From an uncultured Chloroflexota bacterium (lineage in GTDB: Bacteria > Chloroflexota > UBA6077 > CF-72), in the NCBI GenBank assembly GCA_964435115.1, contig CAYSYM010000012.1, positions 1,088 to 65,087 of the forward strand: a DNA stretch of 64,000 bases, in the 5' to 3' direction. The translations under genes and the position numbers were made by a program. Under the pieces are notes generated by a model that had not been told where the DNA came from, made no database searches, and saw nothing but the letters and a program-made list of their open reading frames with translations. Numbering within the stretch: the first letter of the stretch is position 1; every line of letters starts with the position of its first letter. Below are positions 8,922 to 22,204 of this stretch, piece by piece.

Positions 8922-11900
8922 TCAGCCCGGGTGCTTCGCCTGGTGGCGCCGGCGTGCCGGCCAGGCGGCGACGGCGAGCAGGCCGAGCACCGCGGCGAGC
9001 GAGGCGAGCGTGACCCCGAGACCGACCCAGATGCTGGCCGGCTCGAAACGGAACACCACCTGGCTCGAGCCCGCCGGCACCTGCACCACCCGGAAGAGCA
9101 GGTCGCCGCGGAGCAGGGGGCGCTCCTGGCCGTCCACGTAGGCCCGCCAGCCGGGATAGAAGGTGTCGCTGAGCACCAGGAAGGCGTCCGCGGGCGTCGA
9201 CACGCGCACCGCCACCTCGCCCAAGTCGTACCGTTCCAGGTCGGCGCGTCCCCGCTCCAGCACGCCGCTGGCCGGGAGCGTGGGGGCGATGTCGGTGGCG
9301 GAAACGGCCTGGGCCAGCAGCACTGGCGGCGTGTCTCCGGCGAGGACCACCTCGCGGCGCGGGTCGAACGGCTCGCCTGCCATCACGTCGAGCGAAGTGC
9401 CGGGCGACGCGGCGAACCGGGCGCTGGGGACGAGGAAGGCCCGCGGGAAGGCGGCGGTGTTCTCGAGGATCGCCACACTCGTGTCGCGGTACACCTCGCG
9501 GTACTTGGTCTTCTGGCGGCCGAAGAGCTGGCGGGTGTTGCCGGCCGGATCGACGAGGGCGGCCCCGTAGAGGACGAACTCGCCGCGCGGCAGGAGGCTA
9601 CGTACCTCCAGGGTTGTGCTGCCCTCGCCCCGCTCGAACGGCAGCCGGGCGAACGAGAGGAGCCGCGGCTCCGGCCGGCCGTCGCGGCCGAGCTCCGCGG
9701 CCTGCCCGGCGACTTCGACGCGTTGGTGCTGCACCTTGGGCTGGACGAGCGGGTTGTCGAACGCCCACTCCATCGTGTCGCGGCCAGCCAGCAGCGGCCG
9801 CCGCTCGATCACCTCGTTCTTCGGGTCGCGGAGGATCACCTCCGCGACCGGGGTGTCCTGGGGAACCTCCACCGCGTTCACCAGCGCCGAGACGACCCGC
9901 AGCTCGGCAATCGCGAAGCCGGCCGGGACGGCGAACGTCTGGTCGCCGAGGGCGTTGCGGCCCGGCCCGCGCAGCAGTGGGTTCTGCGCGAGGTAGGTGA
10001 CGCCGCCGTAGGCAGGCAGCGGCCCGTAGCGCGCGGGCTCGACCACGTAGCGGACGTTCCACAGGTCCAGCAGGTCGTCGTCGACGGCCTGGACACGCCG
10101 CAGGTAGTCGCGGTACCAGCGCGACTCGAGCGAGGAGTAGCCGTTGGCCGCTTGCACGGCGAGCGGCGCCAGGCGGTTGGGCGCCGTCTGCTCGAGCACC
10201 GGGGAGGTGAGCACGCGCACCGGCTGGCCGCGCCGCGCGTCGTCGGCGACCAGGCGGGCGAGCGTCTGGGTGGCGGGCGAGGAGGCAGCGAGCGCGGCGA
10301 GCGTGTCACGCGGGTGGATGTTCCAGGAGAAGAGGAGCAGGTCGAGCGTGGTGGCGGCCACGAGCGCGGCCGGCCACCCGGGCCACGCGCGCGCCCGGAC
10401 CCAGGGCCCGCTGCGCCAGGCATACAGGGCCAGCCCCAGAGCCGCCAGGCCGGCGAGGGAGCCGGCGACGCGGGGGTTGGCGAGGTCAGTGGCCCACAGG
10501 AGGCCGGCGTAGACGTCGGCGGCCGTGAGCGGGTAGGAGTCACGTGGGAGGGTGAGGTACCACGCCTCGGCCAGGGCGCGCGCCGTCTCGGCCGCCCCGA
10601 GGAGCCAGGTGTGGGCGGCGGCCAGGCCGAGCGTGAGCGCCAGCGACGGGGCAAGAGCAAGCGCCAGGGGACGGAGGCGCCACGGGCGGGCGCCGACCGT
10701 GCCGGGCGCTCCGCGCGTCCTGTTCCGGGCGCTCAGCCCGGGGGCCGCATCGATACGAGCGTCTGGCAGACGGGGGCTCCCGGACTGAGCGCGCTCCTGG
10801 AGCCAGGCTAGCCCGTACGCCGCCAGCATCGCCAGGGCGAGCACGACCACCAGGGTGAAGCGGCCGGGGGCGCGCAGGCCGGAGAAGCCCGGTGCGAGCC
10901 AGAGCAGGCGGTGCAGGTTGAGCGGGCTGTACTGCCCGAGCGCCAGGAGCAGGGCCGGCAGGCCCAGCCCTACCCACAGCCACACCTCGCGGCGGCGGAC
11001 GCGCGCCACGGCCAGCCCGGCCAGCACGAGGGGGGCGAGCCCGACGTAGAGGTACGATTCCCAGTGCGTCCACAGCCCCCACTGCCGGCCAGCCTGGTCA
11101 CGGAAGATGAAGGGGAAGAGGAGCTGTAGCAGGCCGAAGGGTGTCAGGGAGTAGGCGGCCGAGTCGGCGTAGCTGAGGCCGCTGCCGCGGGGCGAGAAGC
11201 GCGCCAGCTCCGCCAGGGGCAGGAGCTGGACGGCGCCGAGGCCGACGCCAAGGATGGCCGCGGGGACGAAGACGACCAGCACCGCCCGGAGCCGCCCGTT
11301 CCAGCCGCCCGCGCCAGCCACTATGGGCCCAACCAGCCACCGGCCGAGGCCGTAGGCGGAAATGGTGAGCAGGTCGATCGCCAGGATCTGCGTGTGCAGC
11401 CCGAGGCTGGCCAGGCCGACGGCGAGGGCCATCAGCGACGCCCACTGCAGGCGCCGGCGGCCGGCCGAACGGAGGCCGTGCTCCGCCAGCGCCAGGGCGA
11501 GCGGGAGCCAGGCGGCCGTGCGCACGACGTTCTCGTGCTGGATCTGCGCCTGCAGGAAGCTCCCCAGCGTGAAGGTGACCCCGGCGAGCGCCGACGCGGT
11601 GCGCGGGAGGCGCCAGGCGCGGGCGAGCGCGTAGGTACCGACCGCGGCGACGAAGAGGTGCAGCAGCCGCAAGGCGACGAGCGCGCGGTCGGGTGGCAGG
11701 GTGAGGAGCGCTAGCAGGACGGGCGGGTAGGCCAGGCCAATCTCGCCGTCGGCGAAGATGGGGTAGCCGCCGAAGAGCGTTGGCGCCCAGAGCGGCAGCC
11801 GGCCGGCCTGGAGCTGGCTGGCGGCCCAGGCCATCAGCGGGTAGTAGAAGACGCCCGTGTCGCGCTCGTAGGCGACCACACCGGCCAGCAGGCTATCGCC

Positions 11901-12038
11901 GAGCGACAGGCCCGCGGCGAGCAGCAGCGCGGCAGCCGAGAGGAAGAGAGGGCCCCGGCCAGCGCGCCCGCCCCGCGTGCTGAGGGCGGTGGGGGCGTGC
12001 GTCGGGCCAGGAGCGGCGGCGTCGGGTGCGGCCTGCAC
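8922..12038 (-). CDS. YfhO-like polytopic membrane protein (1038 aa)
   Basis: N-terminal ~450 aa with more than 10 TM helices resembling the YfhO/glycosyl-transferase-like membrane family. Long extracytoplasmic middle and C-terminal domain with a C-terminal TM. Confidence 0.65.
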   Translation of the reverse strand: MQAAPDAAAPGPTHAPTALSTRGGRAGRGPLFLSAAALLLAAGLSLGDSLLAGVVAYERDTGVFYYPLMAWAASQLQAGRLPLWAPTLFGGYPIFADGEIGLAYPPVLLALLTLPPDRALVALRLLHLFVAAVGTYALARAWRLPRTASALAGVTFTLGSFLQAQIQHENVVRTAAWLPLALALAEHGLRSAGRRRLQWASLMALAVGLASLGLHTQILAIDLLTISAYGLGRWLVGPIVAGAGGWNGRLRAVLVVFVPAAILGVGLGAVQLLPLAELARFSPRGSGLSYADSAAYSLTPFGLLQLLFPFIFRDQAGRQWGLWTHWESYLYVGLAPLVLAGLAVARVRRREVWLWVGLGLPALLLALGQYSPLNLHRLLWLAPGFSGLRAPGRFTLVVVLALAMLAAYGLAWLQERAQSGSPRLPDARIDAAPGLSARNRTRGAPGTVGARPWRLRPLALALAPSLALTLGLAAAHTWLLGAAETARALAEAWYLTLPRDSYPLTAADVYAGLLWATDLANPRVAGSLAGLAALGLALYAWRSGPWVRARAWPGWPAALVAATTLDLLLFSWNIHPRDTLAALAASSPATQTLARLVADDARRGQPVRVLTSPVLEQTAPNRLAPLAVQAANGYSSLESRWYRDYLRRVQAVDDDLLDLWNVRYVVEPARYGPLPAYGGVTYLAQNPLLRGPGRNALGDQTFAVPAGFAIAELRVVSALVNAVEVPQDTPVAEVILRDPKNEVIERRPLLAGRDTMEWAFDNPLVQPKVQHQRVEVAGQAAELGRDGRPEPRLLSFARLPFERGEGSTTLEVRSLLPRGEFVLYGAALVDPAGNTRQLFGRQKTKYREVYRDTSVAILENTAAFPRAFLVPSARFAASPGTSLDVMAGEPFDPRREVVLAGDTPPVLLAQAVSATDIAPTLPASGVLERGRADLERYDLGEVAVRVSTPADAFLVLSDTFYPGWRAYVDGQERPLLRGDLLFRVVQVPAGSSQVVFRFEPASIWVGLGVTLASLAAVLGLLAVAAWPARRRHQAKHPG

Positions 12039-12428
12039 GTTGAGCGGCGGTTCCTTTCGGCAAGCGCTCAGCAGGCGGGCCAGCGTTCAACCCTCACGCC
12101 AGGCACGTGCAGCCCGCGTGCTGAGCGGTGGAGGACACGCAGCGCGCAGCGCTGGAGATCGTCCCTCCACACCTGCCCTGCCGGCAGGCGACTGCATTCT
12201 ACGCGCCACGTCTGCCCGACGAACGGGCGGGCCGGGGCGAGGGCGTGTCCCGGGCACGCCGGCGGCTCTCCCGCGACTCTGGGCGGAGCGCCGGGTGCGT
12301 GGCGCGGGGGAGACGGCTGCGTCGCCGCGCCCAGCAGGACCACGACAGCGCACGTCGCAGCCGCACCACGGAGCGAGAAGCCTCACCGGCGCGAAACCGT
12401 GCCAGACGTAGGCCGACTGGCTTAGCCT

Positions 12429-12785
12429 TTGGGCGTGATGGTCGACGAGCGGGACCTCCCACAGGGGGCCACGACCCCGGTCGAGGTGGAGCTGGACCGA
12501 GAAGGCCGTCGCCTCCGCTTCACCTGGGTGGACGGTCGGCGCAGTGACTATGACTGGGAGTACCTGCGCTGGCGCTGCCCGTGCGCCTGGTGCTCGGGCG
12601 AGGGTGGCCGCCCGGGCACGCTGGAGAGCCGCACCTCACTCACGCCGGACGAGACCGAGATGGACGACGTGGAGCTCGTGGGCCGGTACGCCATCCAGCC
12701 GACCTGGAAGGACGGCCATGACAGCGGCATCTACACATTCCGCGCCCTGCGCGTGCTCGCCGAGCAGGACAGGCTGCTCACCTAG
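12429..12785 (+). CDS. DUF971 (gamma-butyrobetaine hydroxylase-like N-terminal domain) protein
   Basis: DYDWEYLRWRCPCAWC motif and overall length typical of DUF971. TTG/GTG/ATG start cluster at 12429-12440. Confidence 0.7.
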   Translation: MGVMVDERDLPQGATTPVEVELDREGRRLRFTWVDGRRSDYDWEYLRWRCPCAWCSGEGGRPGTLESRTSLTPDETEMDDVELVGRYAIQPTWKDGHDSGIYTFRALRVLAEQDRLLT

Positions 12786-12894
12786 CCGCCCGGCGCTTCG
12801 CCCTGCGTCCTCCTCGCAGGTGACGCACCCGGGCCACGCTGCCAAGGCGGCGGGCTGGGCCGCGGGCCGCATGCGCTGCGCCTGATCGTCCGCG

Positions 12895-13173
12895 ATGGTC
12901 TTCTTCTACGAGATCCTGTTCGTCGTCGCCGCCGTCGCGGCGGCCATCCTGGGCGAGCGGTGGAACCGCACGGCCGCCCTGCTGTTCCTGCTCGCCTGGT
13001 GGGCACTCGTGGCGCTGGGCTACGCCAGCTTTGGCGCACGGTTGGCCGCGGGTGGGGTGGACGAAGAAGAGAGCCGCTGGTACCGCGACGCCCGGGACGG
13101 TCTGAGGCACCTCCGGCTCCTGTTCGGCCTCGCCAGCGCGGTCGCGCTGGTCTGGCGCCTGGCGGCCGGCTGA
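12895..13173 (+). CDS. small hydrophobic membrane protein, hypothetical
   Basis: 92-aa ORF with 3 predicted TM segments. No clear RBS. Confidence 0.3.
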   Translation: MVFFYEILFVVAAVAAAILGERWNRTAALLFLLAWWALVALGYASFGARLAAGGVDEEESRWYRDARDGLRHLRLLFGLASAVALVWRLAAG

Positions 13174-13253
13174 CACCCGCGCCCTTGGCCCTGCGCCTCG
13201 CCGTCCCCGCCAGAGAGCCAGGCCGGCCGATTCTGTTAGCCTGAGGCAGGCAC

Positions 13254-15766
<2,513 letters not shown>

Positions 15767-15770
<4 letters not shown>

Positions 15771-16855
15771 GCGAGGTCCGCCTGGCCGGCTCGAACGGCC
15801 ACGTCCCTGGCATTCGCGTCGGCCACTGGAGTGACCCGGAGGCGGCGACCGGCTGCAGCGTGGTGCTGTGCGAAGCCGGCGCCGTGGGTGGGGTCGACGT
15901 GCGGGGCGCGGCGCCCGGTACGCGCGAAACCGACCTGCTGCGGCCGGGCAGCCTCGTCGAGCGCGTGCACGCGGTCGTCCTGAGCGGTGGCTCGGCGTTC
16001 GGGCTGGAGAGCGCGACTGGGGCGGTGCGCTACCTCGAAGAGCGGGGCATCGGCTTCCCCACGCCGGCTGGCCCGGTACCGATCGTGCCGGCGGCGGTCC
16101 TGTTTGACCTCGCCATCGGCCGGGCCGACGTGCGGCCGAACGCCGCGGCCGGCTACGCCGCCTGCCTGGCCGCCACGGCCGCCGTAGCCGAGGGCAGCGT
16201 GGGGGCGGGAACGGGCGCGACGGTGGGGAAGTGGGCCGGGCTCGAGCACGTGGCGAAGGGCGGCATGGGCACGGCTTCCAGGACCCTGCCGGATGGGACG
16301 GTGGTGGGCGCGCTGGTGGCGGTGAACGCCGTGGGCAGCATCTACGACCCGAAGACCGGTGCGCTGGTCGCCGGCCCGGCGGCGGGCGCAACGTCAGCCC
16401 CCCTTGGGCTCGCCGGGACCAGCACCACACTGGGCGTGGTCGCTACGACCGCGCCCCTGGACAAGGCCGGCGCGAACCGGCTGGCGGCCCTGGCCCACGA
16501 TGGGTTCGCGCTTGCCATTCGACCCGCCCACACGGCGTACGATGGCGATGTCATCTTCGCCCTCTCCCTCCCGGCTGCGCGGACGACGGCCGCCGACCCG
16601 GTGCTGCTCGCGACCAGTGCAGTGGACGCCGTAGTGGAGGCGATCCTGCGCGCGGTGCGCCGCGCGATGGCCCGGGACGGTGTGCTGGAGGTGGACCCGC
16701 GGTTGGCCTCGACGGGACTGACGCAGCCGGGTCCGCCCGCCCGGCCGGCGGCCGACCCTGTGTCTTCACTACGGAGTGGGCAGGCCGTTCCGGCCACGGG
16801 CCTGGGAGACCGTGGGAGAGCCAGGCCGCCCACCCCGGAGCCGCGCCCGCGTTGA
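15767..16855 (+). CDS. P1 family peptidase (DmpA/L-aminopeptidase, S58-like)
   Basis: The GSAFGLESATG and DGDVIFALS regions are typical of the S58/DmpA family. GTGA overlap with the lon stop. The C-terminal ~50 aa are low complexity, so the true stop may be read correctly but the tail is unusual. Confidence 0.7.
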
Positions 16856-17099
16856 CCGGGCGTTTACAGCGTGCTACGCGAGGCGCAACGCCGTGCGTCG
16901 AGACTGGAGCCCGGGTCGAGACTCCGCGGCCGGGCTGGCACGGGCTCTGCCGGACGCCAGGCGTGGCGTCTCGGCGCGCGGGCAGCCGCTCCCGAGGAAG
17001 GAGGTGAGGGTCGGCAGACTGGAGCGCGTGTCTGCCCGCCCGGCGCCACGGACTGCAGAGGCGGCCGACCCGCAGTAGCTGCGAAGGAGGAGAAACCAT

Positions 17100-17606
17100 A
17101 TGCCGGAGCAATCGATGGCGCCCGTGAAGGATGGCCGGGGCCAGCTCAGCCGGTGGGACCCCGGCGCGCTCTTCGACGAGATCCAGTCGGAGATGGAGCG
17201 GTTCTGGAACCGCTGGCCCATGCTGGGCCCGTGGCCGCTCGTCCGTCCCCTCCGCCGGATTGGGCTCGCTCCCACCACCTGGGCGCCCCGGATGGACGTC
17301 TACGAGAAGGACAACAACCTCGTCGTGAAGGCTGAGCTGCCCGGCATCAGGAAGGAAGACGTGGCAGTCGAGCTGGACGAGGGCGACCTGGTGATCCGGG
17401 GCGAGAGCAAGGGCGAGAGCGAGGTGAAGGAGGAGAACTTCTACCGTATGGAGCGGACGTTCGGCAGCTTCTACCGACGCCTGCCGCTGCCGTTCGAGGC
17501 GCAGCCTGACCGGGTAGAGGCAACTTTCGCCGACGGGATCCTGGAGGTCCGCGTGCCGAGGCCGGCCGAGGCCAAGCCGGCTGCCCGGAAGATCCAGGTG
17601 AAGTAA
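17100..17606 (+). CDS. Hsp20/alpha-crystallin family small heat-shock protein
   Basis: ACD fold motifs (DVYEKDNNLVVKAELPGIRKEDVAVEL...GILEVRVPR). Strong RBS GAAGGAGGAG 7 nt upstream. Confidence 0.9.
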   Translation: MPEQSMAPVKDGRGQLSRWDPGALFDEIQSEMERFWNRWPMLGPWPLVRPLRRIGLAPTTWAPRMDVYEKDNNLVVKAELPGIRKEDVAVELDEGDLVIRGESKGESEVKEENFYRMERTFGSFYRRLPLPFEAQPDRVEATFADGILEVRVPRPAEAKPAARKIQVK

Positions 17607-17610
17607 GCGC

Positions 17611-17647
17611 GATGCGCTGGCGGGCCGTCCGGGCTCGCCAGCGCATC
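17611..17647 (+). terminator. 12-bp perfect stem hairpin after the hsp20 stop
   Basis: GATGCGCTGGCG-(13 nt)-CGCCAGCGCATC starts 5 nt after TAA. The U-tract is weak, as is common in high-GC genomes. Confidence 0.45.
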
Positions 17648-17931
17648 CTTGGCCGAAACGTCGAGCCGCGGACGGCGCACTCCCCGCGGTGCGCGGTAGG
17701 TCCGACTTGACGGGGTGGGGGTGGAGCATCCAGCATGGCGGCGATGCGGGACGCTGCGCCGCGCTCGGCGGGGCTGGCCCCCGGGCCACGCGGAGAGGAG
17801 CGCCGCTCGGGCCAGGATGGGATGGGTGAGGAGCCGGTCCAGGCAGCCCGAGAAGACGTGCGGAAGCTGGTGGACGCGGTGCGCCGGGCGCGTCCGGCGC
17901 CAGAGGTGGAGCCGGCGTTCGTGTTCCGCGC

Positions 17932-19371
17932 ATGACCGCCGCCGACGCGCAGCGGCTGCTGGTCGAGGCTCCGCTCGCTCAGCTTGGCGCGGCGCTCCGA
18001 GCAAGCGAGGTGACGCCGCTCGAGCTGGCCGAGGCGAGCCTGGACCGGCTCGCGCGGATCGGGCCCCGGTTCAACGCGCTGGCCAGCCTGACTGCCGAGC
18101 GAGCCCTCCGCGAGGCGCGGCGAGCCGGCGACGAGCTCCGACGGGGACGCGACCGCGGCCCACTCCATGGCATTCCCTATGGCGCCAAAGACCTGCTCGC
18201 GGCGCGCGGCGCCCCGACCACCTGGGGGGCCGAGCCGTACCAGGACCAGCGGTTCGCGACGGACGCCACGGCGGTCGCTCGCCTGAGGCGCGCGGGCGCG
18301 GTCCTCGTCGGCAAGCTGGCTATGGTCGCGCTGGCCGGTGGAGGCAACTACCGCTACCCGAGCGCGTCGCTCCAGGGGCCGGGTAGGAACCCGTGGGATC
18401 CCGGCCGGTGGAGTGGGGGATCGTCGAGCGGCTCTGGCGCGGCCGTCGCCGCCCGCCTGGTCCCGTACGCCCTCGGCTCTGAGACGTCCGGCTCCATCGT
18501 CACCCCCGCGTCGTTCTGCGGGGTGACGGGACTGCGCCCGACTTACGGCCTGGTCAGCCGGCACGGGGCGATGGCGCTGAGCTGGACGCTGGACAAGATC
18601 GGCCCGCTGGCGCGCAGCGCCGAGGAGTGCGCGCTGGTGCTCGAGGCGCTGGCCGGCCCGGACCCGCGGGACCGGTCGACGGTCCGGCGCATCCGGGCCC
18701 GCCCGCGCAGCACCATTGACGTTCGGACGCTGCGGGTGGGCCACGCCCCGCGAGACTTCGAGGAGCGCCCGGCCGAGCACACGCGGGCCGCGTTCCGCGA
18801 CGCCCTGGGCGCGCTGCGCGACCTCGGCGTCCAGCTCGCCGAGGTCGCCCTGCCTCCCACGCTCCCGTACGTGGCGATCGTCGGGACGCTCATCGCGGCC
18901 GAGGGGTCCACCGCCTTCGCCCACCTGGCCGAAGACGGGCGGCTCGACCAGCTCTCGGACGAGCGCCAGAGAGCCGGGCTGCGGGCGGGGCTGGAGATCA
19001 CTGCGCGCGACTACCTGGATGCCATGCGCCTGCGGCGTCTGGTCCAGCACACCTTCCGCGAGCTCTTCTCGCAGGTCGACGTGCTGGTGGCGCCAAGCCG
19101 GCTGAGCACCGCGAGCCGGCTGGACGAGCCGCTGGACGCGGCCCGCTCGGTGCCAGCGCCCGACGAGCCCAGCAACACCGCGCTCGTCGCCGCCGGAAAC
19201 GTCGCCGGGCTGCCGGCTGTCTCGCTCCCGTGCGGCTTCGGCGCCGATGGGCTGCCGCTCGGCCTGCAGCTCGTCGGTCGTCCCTTTGACGAGGCGACGC
19301 TGGTCGCCCTGGCGTCAGCGTTCCAGGCCCGGACGGACTGGCACCTGCGCCGACCGCCTGGCATCGAGTGA
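17932..19371 (+). CDS. amidase signature family enzyme (GatA-like amidase)
   Basis: GGSSSGSGAAVAA...GSETSGSIVTPASFCG amidase signature. Confidence 0.85.
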   Translation: MTAADAQRLLVEAPLAQLGAALRASEVTPLELAEASLDRLARIGPRFNALASLTAERALREARRAGDELRRGRDRGPLHGIPYGAKDLLAARGAPTTWGAEPYQDQRFATDATAVARLRRAGAVLVGKLAMVALAGGGNYRYPSASLQGPGRNPWDPGRWSGGSSSGSGAAVAARLVPYALGSETSGSIVTPASFCGVTGLRPTYGLVSRHGAMALSWTLDKIGPLARSAEECALVLEALAGPDPRDRSTVRRIRARPRSTIDVRTLRVGHAPRDFEERPAEHTRAAFRDALGALRDLGVQLAEVALPPTLPYVAIVGTLIAAEGSTAFAHLAEDGRLDQLSDERQRAGLRAGLEITARDYLDAMRLRRLVQHTFRELFSQVDVLVAPSRLSTASRLDEPLDAARSVPAPDEPSNTALVAAGNVAGLPAVSLPCGFGADGLPLGLQLVGRPFDEATLVALASAFQARTDWHLRRPPGIE

Positions 19372-19393
19372 GGCGGGCCCTCCGGGCGGCCCG

Positions 19394-20350
19394 TCAGCGG
19401 TGGACCGAGGCGGTCCGCGCGCGGAGCCGCCATGGGCGCTGCGCCACGGCGACGCCCGCCAGGATGAGCGTGGCCGCCAGCAGCAGGGTCGGACCGGGGA
19501 CCTCGCCCAGGATCATCCAGGCGAAGAGGAGACCCATCGGCGGGATCAGGTACTGGACCGGGGCGACCCGCGAAGCGGGCAGTCGGCGCAGCGCGCTGGC
19601 CCACAGGGCGTACGTCGCGCCTGTGCCGGCGACGCCGCTCCACAGGGCCGCCAGCCGGACGTCCAGGCTGGCGCGCTCGATCGCGGCCCCGACGGCGGCC
19701 GGCCCGGCCAGCGCACCCAGGAGGATCGCGCCCACCAGGGCGGATGCGGCGGTGAGGGCGATCGGATCGCGGCCCGCACCGAGCCGCCGCCCCAGGAGGG
19801 TGTAGCCGGCCCAGGCGGCGGCCCCTGCCAGCGCCAGGATCAGTCCAGGCAGCGCCACGCCGCGCATGTCGCCGCCGCTCGCCAGCAGCGCCACGCCCAC
19901 GAAGCCGAGCGCGACGCCAACCGCGCCGAGCCACCCCGGGCGCTCGCCCAGGAGGGGCGCTCCCAGGAAAGCGAACAGCGGGCTCGTGCCGGCGAGGACC
20001 GAGTTGCTGCCGGCCGCCAGGTACTCGAGCGCGGCCATGGACAGGTAGTTGCTCGCCGCGAACCCCAGCGTCCCCAGCGCAATGGCTGCCAGGGGGTGGG
20101 CGAGCTCCGCCCGCAGCGCGCCCAGGCGCCCGGTGGCGGCGCAGACCGCCAGGAGCGCCACACCCGCCAGCGCCGCCCGCAGGAAGGTGAACTCCGCGGG
20201 TGCGAGGCCGCGCAGCGCGAGCTTGGCTGTGGGGTGGAGTGTGCCCCACAGCACGACGGCGATCGCCAGCCCGAAGTAGGCGCGCGCCACACCCCGGCTG
20301 GCAACTGAGGACGTGAGGCCGGCTCGACGGCGCGGCTCCGGGGCGATCAC
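19394..20350 (-). CDS. EamA/DMT family transporter
   Basis: Ten TM helices with two EamA repeats (...TLHPTAKLAL..., ...LWSGVAGTGATYALW...). The start is approximate: GTG at VIAPEP, while the ORF extends further upstream as Arg-rich low complexity. Confidence 0.7.
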   Translation of the reverse strand: MIAPEPRRRAGLTSSVASRGVARAYFGLAIAVVLWGTLHPTAKLALRGLAPAEFTFLRAALAGVALLAVCAATGRLGALRAELAHPLAAIALGTLGFAASNYLSMAALEYLAAGSNSVLAGTSPLFAFLGAPLLGERPGWLGAVGVALGFVGVALLASGGDMRGVALPGLILALAGAAAWAGYTLLGRRLGAGRDPIALTAASALVGAILLGALAGPAAVGAAIERASLDVRLAALWSGVAGTGATYALWASALRRLPASRVAPVQYLIPPMGLLFAWMILGEVPGPTLLLAATLILAGVAVAQRPWRLRARTASVHR

Positions 20351-20406
20351 CGAGGCAGGATAGCGCGGAATGAGCCGTGCCAGCCGCCGCGTTCGGCTGC
20401 CTGCGT

Positions 20407-21291
20407 TCACCCTCCGCGCGGCGCGCCTCGCAGCAATGCGTCTCGCTCCGCCAGGAGCTGGTGGATGATCCCCTCGAGGTTGACCGCCACGGCCGGCCAC
20501 GTCGTCCAGCCGCGCTCGACGTACATCGCCGGGATGGCGTCGTCGGCCGGCGCCGGCGCGTCCGGGGCCGCGGGGGCGGGGGGAACGCCAAAGGCGTCGA
20601 GCTGGGAGGCGTTCGCGGCACCCATACGCCAGAGCGACACGCTCTGGTAGCCGCGCTCCTCGCACCAGACCAGGCCGGCGCGCAGGTCATCTGCCACCGC
20701 GTCGTAGGGCAGGATCGGCTCGGTCGGTCCCAGGGGCTCGCACCGGCTGGCCGCTGTCTGGAGGACGTCGAGCCAGGGCTGGCGGAAGTCGGTCCAGTAG
20801 GTCTGCGGCAGGTAGGCAGACAGGCCGGCGATCAGGGCGGGCGCGTACTCCCGCCCCACCTGGCGCGGGTCCGGCGCCACAGCGATCCAGAGCCCCGGCG
20901 CCGCGGCCGCGCGCAGGGCCTCAAAGTAGCGTTGGGCTTCGACCGGGCCACCCTCCCAGAACCCCGTGTAGCCGTACTCGAAGTCGACGACCAGGCCGCC
21001 CCCCGCTCGCGCGCAGGCCAGGTGCGCGTCTGCTTCCCGAGCCGACCAACGGCTCACGACCCAGGGCACGAGCTGGAGTCCCGCGGCGGAGAACTGGGCG
21101 GCGACCCGCTCGAGCTGATCCGTGCCGGCCGGGGCGAGTGGGTGGTCGTACACCTCGCTCATCCACCACCCACCATCCATGGCCTTCAGGTAGATCCGGC
21201 TGATCCCCCGCGGCAGCAGGGTCGCTGCGATCTGCTCGGGCGTCCGCTCGCCAAGCTGGTCCAACTGGTGGATCCACATCGCCCGTTCCAT
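20407..21291 (-). CDS. hypothetical protein, possibly a glycoside-hydrolase-like TIM barrel
   Basis: MERAMWIHQLDQL...GISRIYLKAMDGGWW...LVVDFEYGY... pattern. No confident family assignment. Confidence 0.45.
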   Translation of the reverse strand: MERAMWIHQLDQLGERTPEQIAATLLPRGISRIYLKAMDGGWWMSEVYDHPLAPAGTDQLERVAAQFSAAGLQLVPWVVSRWSAREADAHLACARAGGGLVVDFEYGYTGFWEGGPVEAQRYFEALRAAAAPGLWIAVAPDPRQVGREYAPALIAGLSAYLPQTYWTDFRQPWLDVLQTAASRCEPLGPTEPILPYDAVADDLRAGLVWCEERGYQSVSLWRMGAANASQLDAFGVPPAPAAPDAPAPADDAIPAMYVERGWTTWPAVAVNLEGIIHQLLAERDALLRGAPRGG

Positions 21292-21490
21292 CGTCCATCC
21301 TCCACGTCGGAGTCGGATCGCTCGCGCGCGGTGAGGAGCGCGCACGAGCGTGTTCCACCCGGATCAGCGCATTGGCGCGCGCCGTTTGTCCGCCCATGGT
21401 GCTGCAACGGATGGCCATTCTTCTGAGACATCAGCTCGCCGCGTCGCGTGGCAACGGGAGCGTGGCGCCGCATACGCTATGCGGGCTGAC

Positions 21491-22204
21491 ATGGACCACG
21501 AACATCCCGACCAGTTGACCGGCCACGACAATCCCTGGCGCCAGGCGGAGCATGCCGAGGCGTGGATCGCGCGGACGGACGGAGCGGCACGCGACCGCAC
21601 GCGCGAGCTCGAGACCTTCGGCGCGCTCGTGCCGCTGGACGCCGAGACGCCCGCCCGCGCACTCGAGCTGGGGGCGGGCGCCGGCGGCCTGACCCGGGTG
21701 CTGCTGGAGCAGTTCCCGCGCCTCGAGGTGCTCGCGCTCGACCTCTCCCCGGTGATGATCGACGAGGGCCGGCAGCGGCTCGCGGCGTTCGGCGACCGGG
21801 TTCGCTTTGTGCAGTGGGACCTGGAAGACGAGGGCTGGCCGGTAGAAGCTGCCGGCCCGTTCGACCTCGTCGTCTCGTCCATCGCCATCCACCACCTGGA
21901 GAGGGCGCGGAAGGCGGCGCTCGCCCGTCAGATCTTCGGCTGCCTCCGGCCGGGCGGCGCGTTCCTGAACGTCGACTACGTGGCGCCGCCCACGGAGAGG
22001 CTCACGGAGCGCTACGCGCGTGCCCAGCAGCGCCTGGGCGGCGGCGAGGAACAGGGTGGCCACAGCTTCCTCGCCGGTGGGCACGCATCGGGCACGCTGT
22101 TCGAGTACCTGGAGGACCTGCACGCCGCGGGCTTCGTCGACGTGGACGTCTTCTGGAAGCAGTTCGGCCTGGCGATCACGGGCGGGACCCGGCCCGCTGG
22201 GTGA
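21491..22204 (+). CDS. class I SAM-dependent methyltransferase
   Basis: LELGAGAGGLT motif I, DLVVSS motif II, LRPGGAF motif. Start at MDHEHPDQ. Confidence 0.75.
   Translation: MDHEHPDQLTGHDNPWRQAEHAEAWIARTDGAARDRTRELETFGALVPLDAETPARALELGAGAGGLTRVLLEQFPRLEVLALDLSPVMIDEGRQRLAAFGDRVRFVQWDLEDEGWPVEAAGPFDLVVSSIAIHHLERARKAALARQIFGCLRPGGAFLNVDYVAPPTERLTERYARAQQRLGGGEEQGGHSFLAGGHASGTLFEYLEDLHAAGFVDVDVFWKQFGLAITGGTRPAG

Noticed and set aside
8838-10811. 657-aa plus-strand ORF and other ORFs nested in the YfhO-like gene
   Set aside because: Antisense to a coherent 1038-aa polytopic membrane protein. The composition is dominated by R/G/A/E/P runs with no motifs.
17000-17099. CIRCE (TTAGCACTC-N9-GAGTGCTAA) or HAIR (CTTGAGT-N7-ACTCAAG) heat-shock operator upstream of hsp20
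   Set aside because: Neither consensus, nor a close variant, is present in the 100 nt upstream of the hsp20 RBS.
16551-17933. 460-aa minus-strand ORF spanning the hsp20 gene, and the 567-aa ORF 17347-19050 antisense to the amidase
   Set aside because: They overlap well-supported genes with strong RBS and family motifs. The products are Pro/Arg/Ala-rich low complexity.
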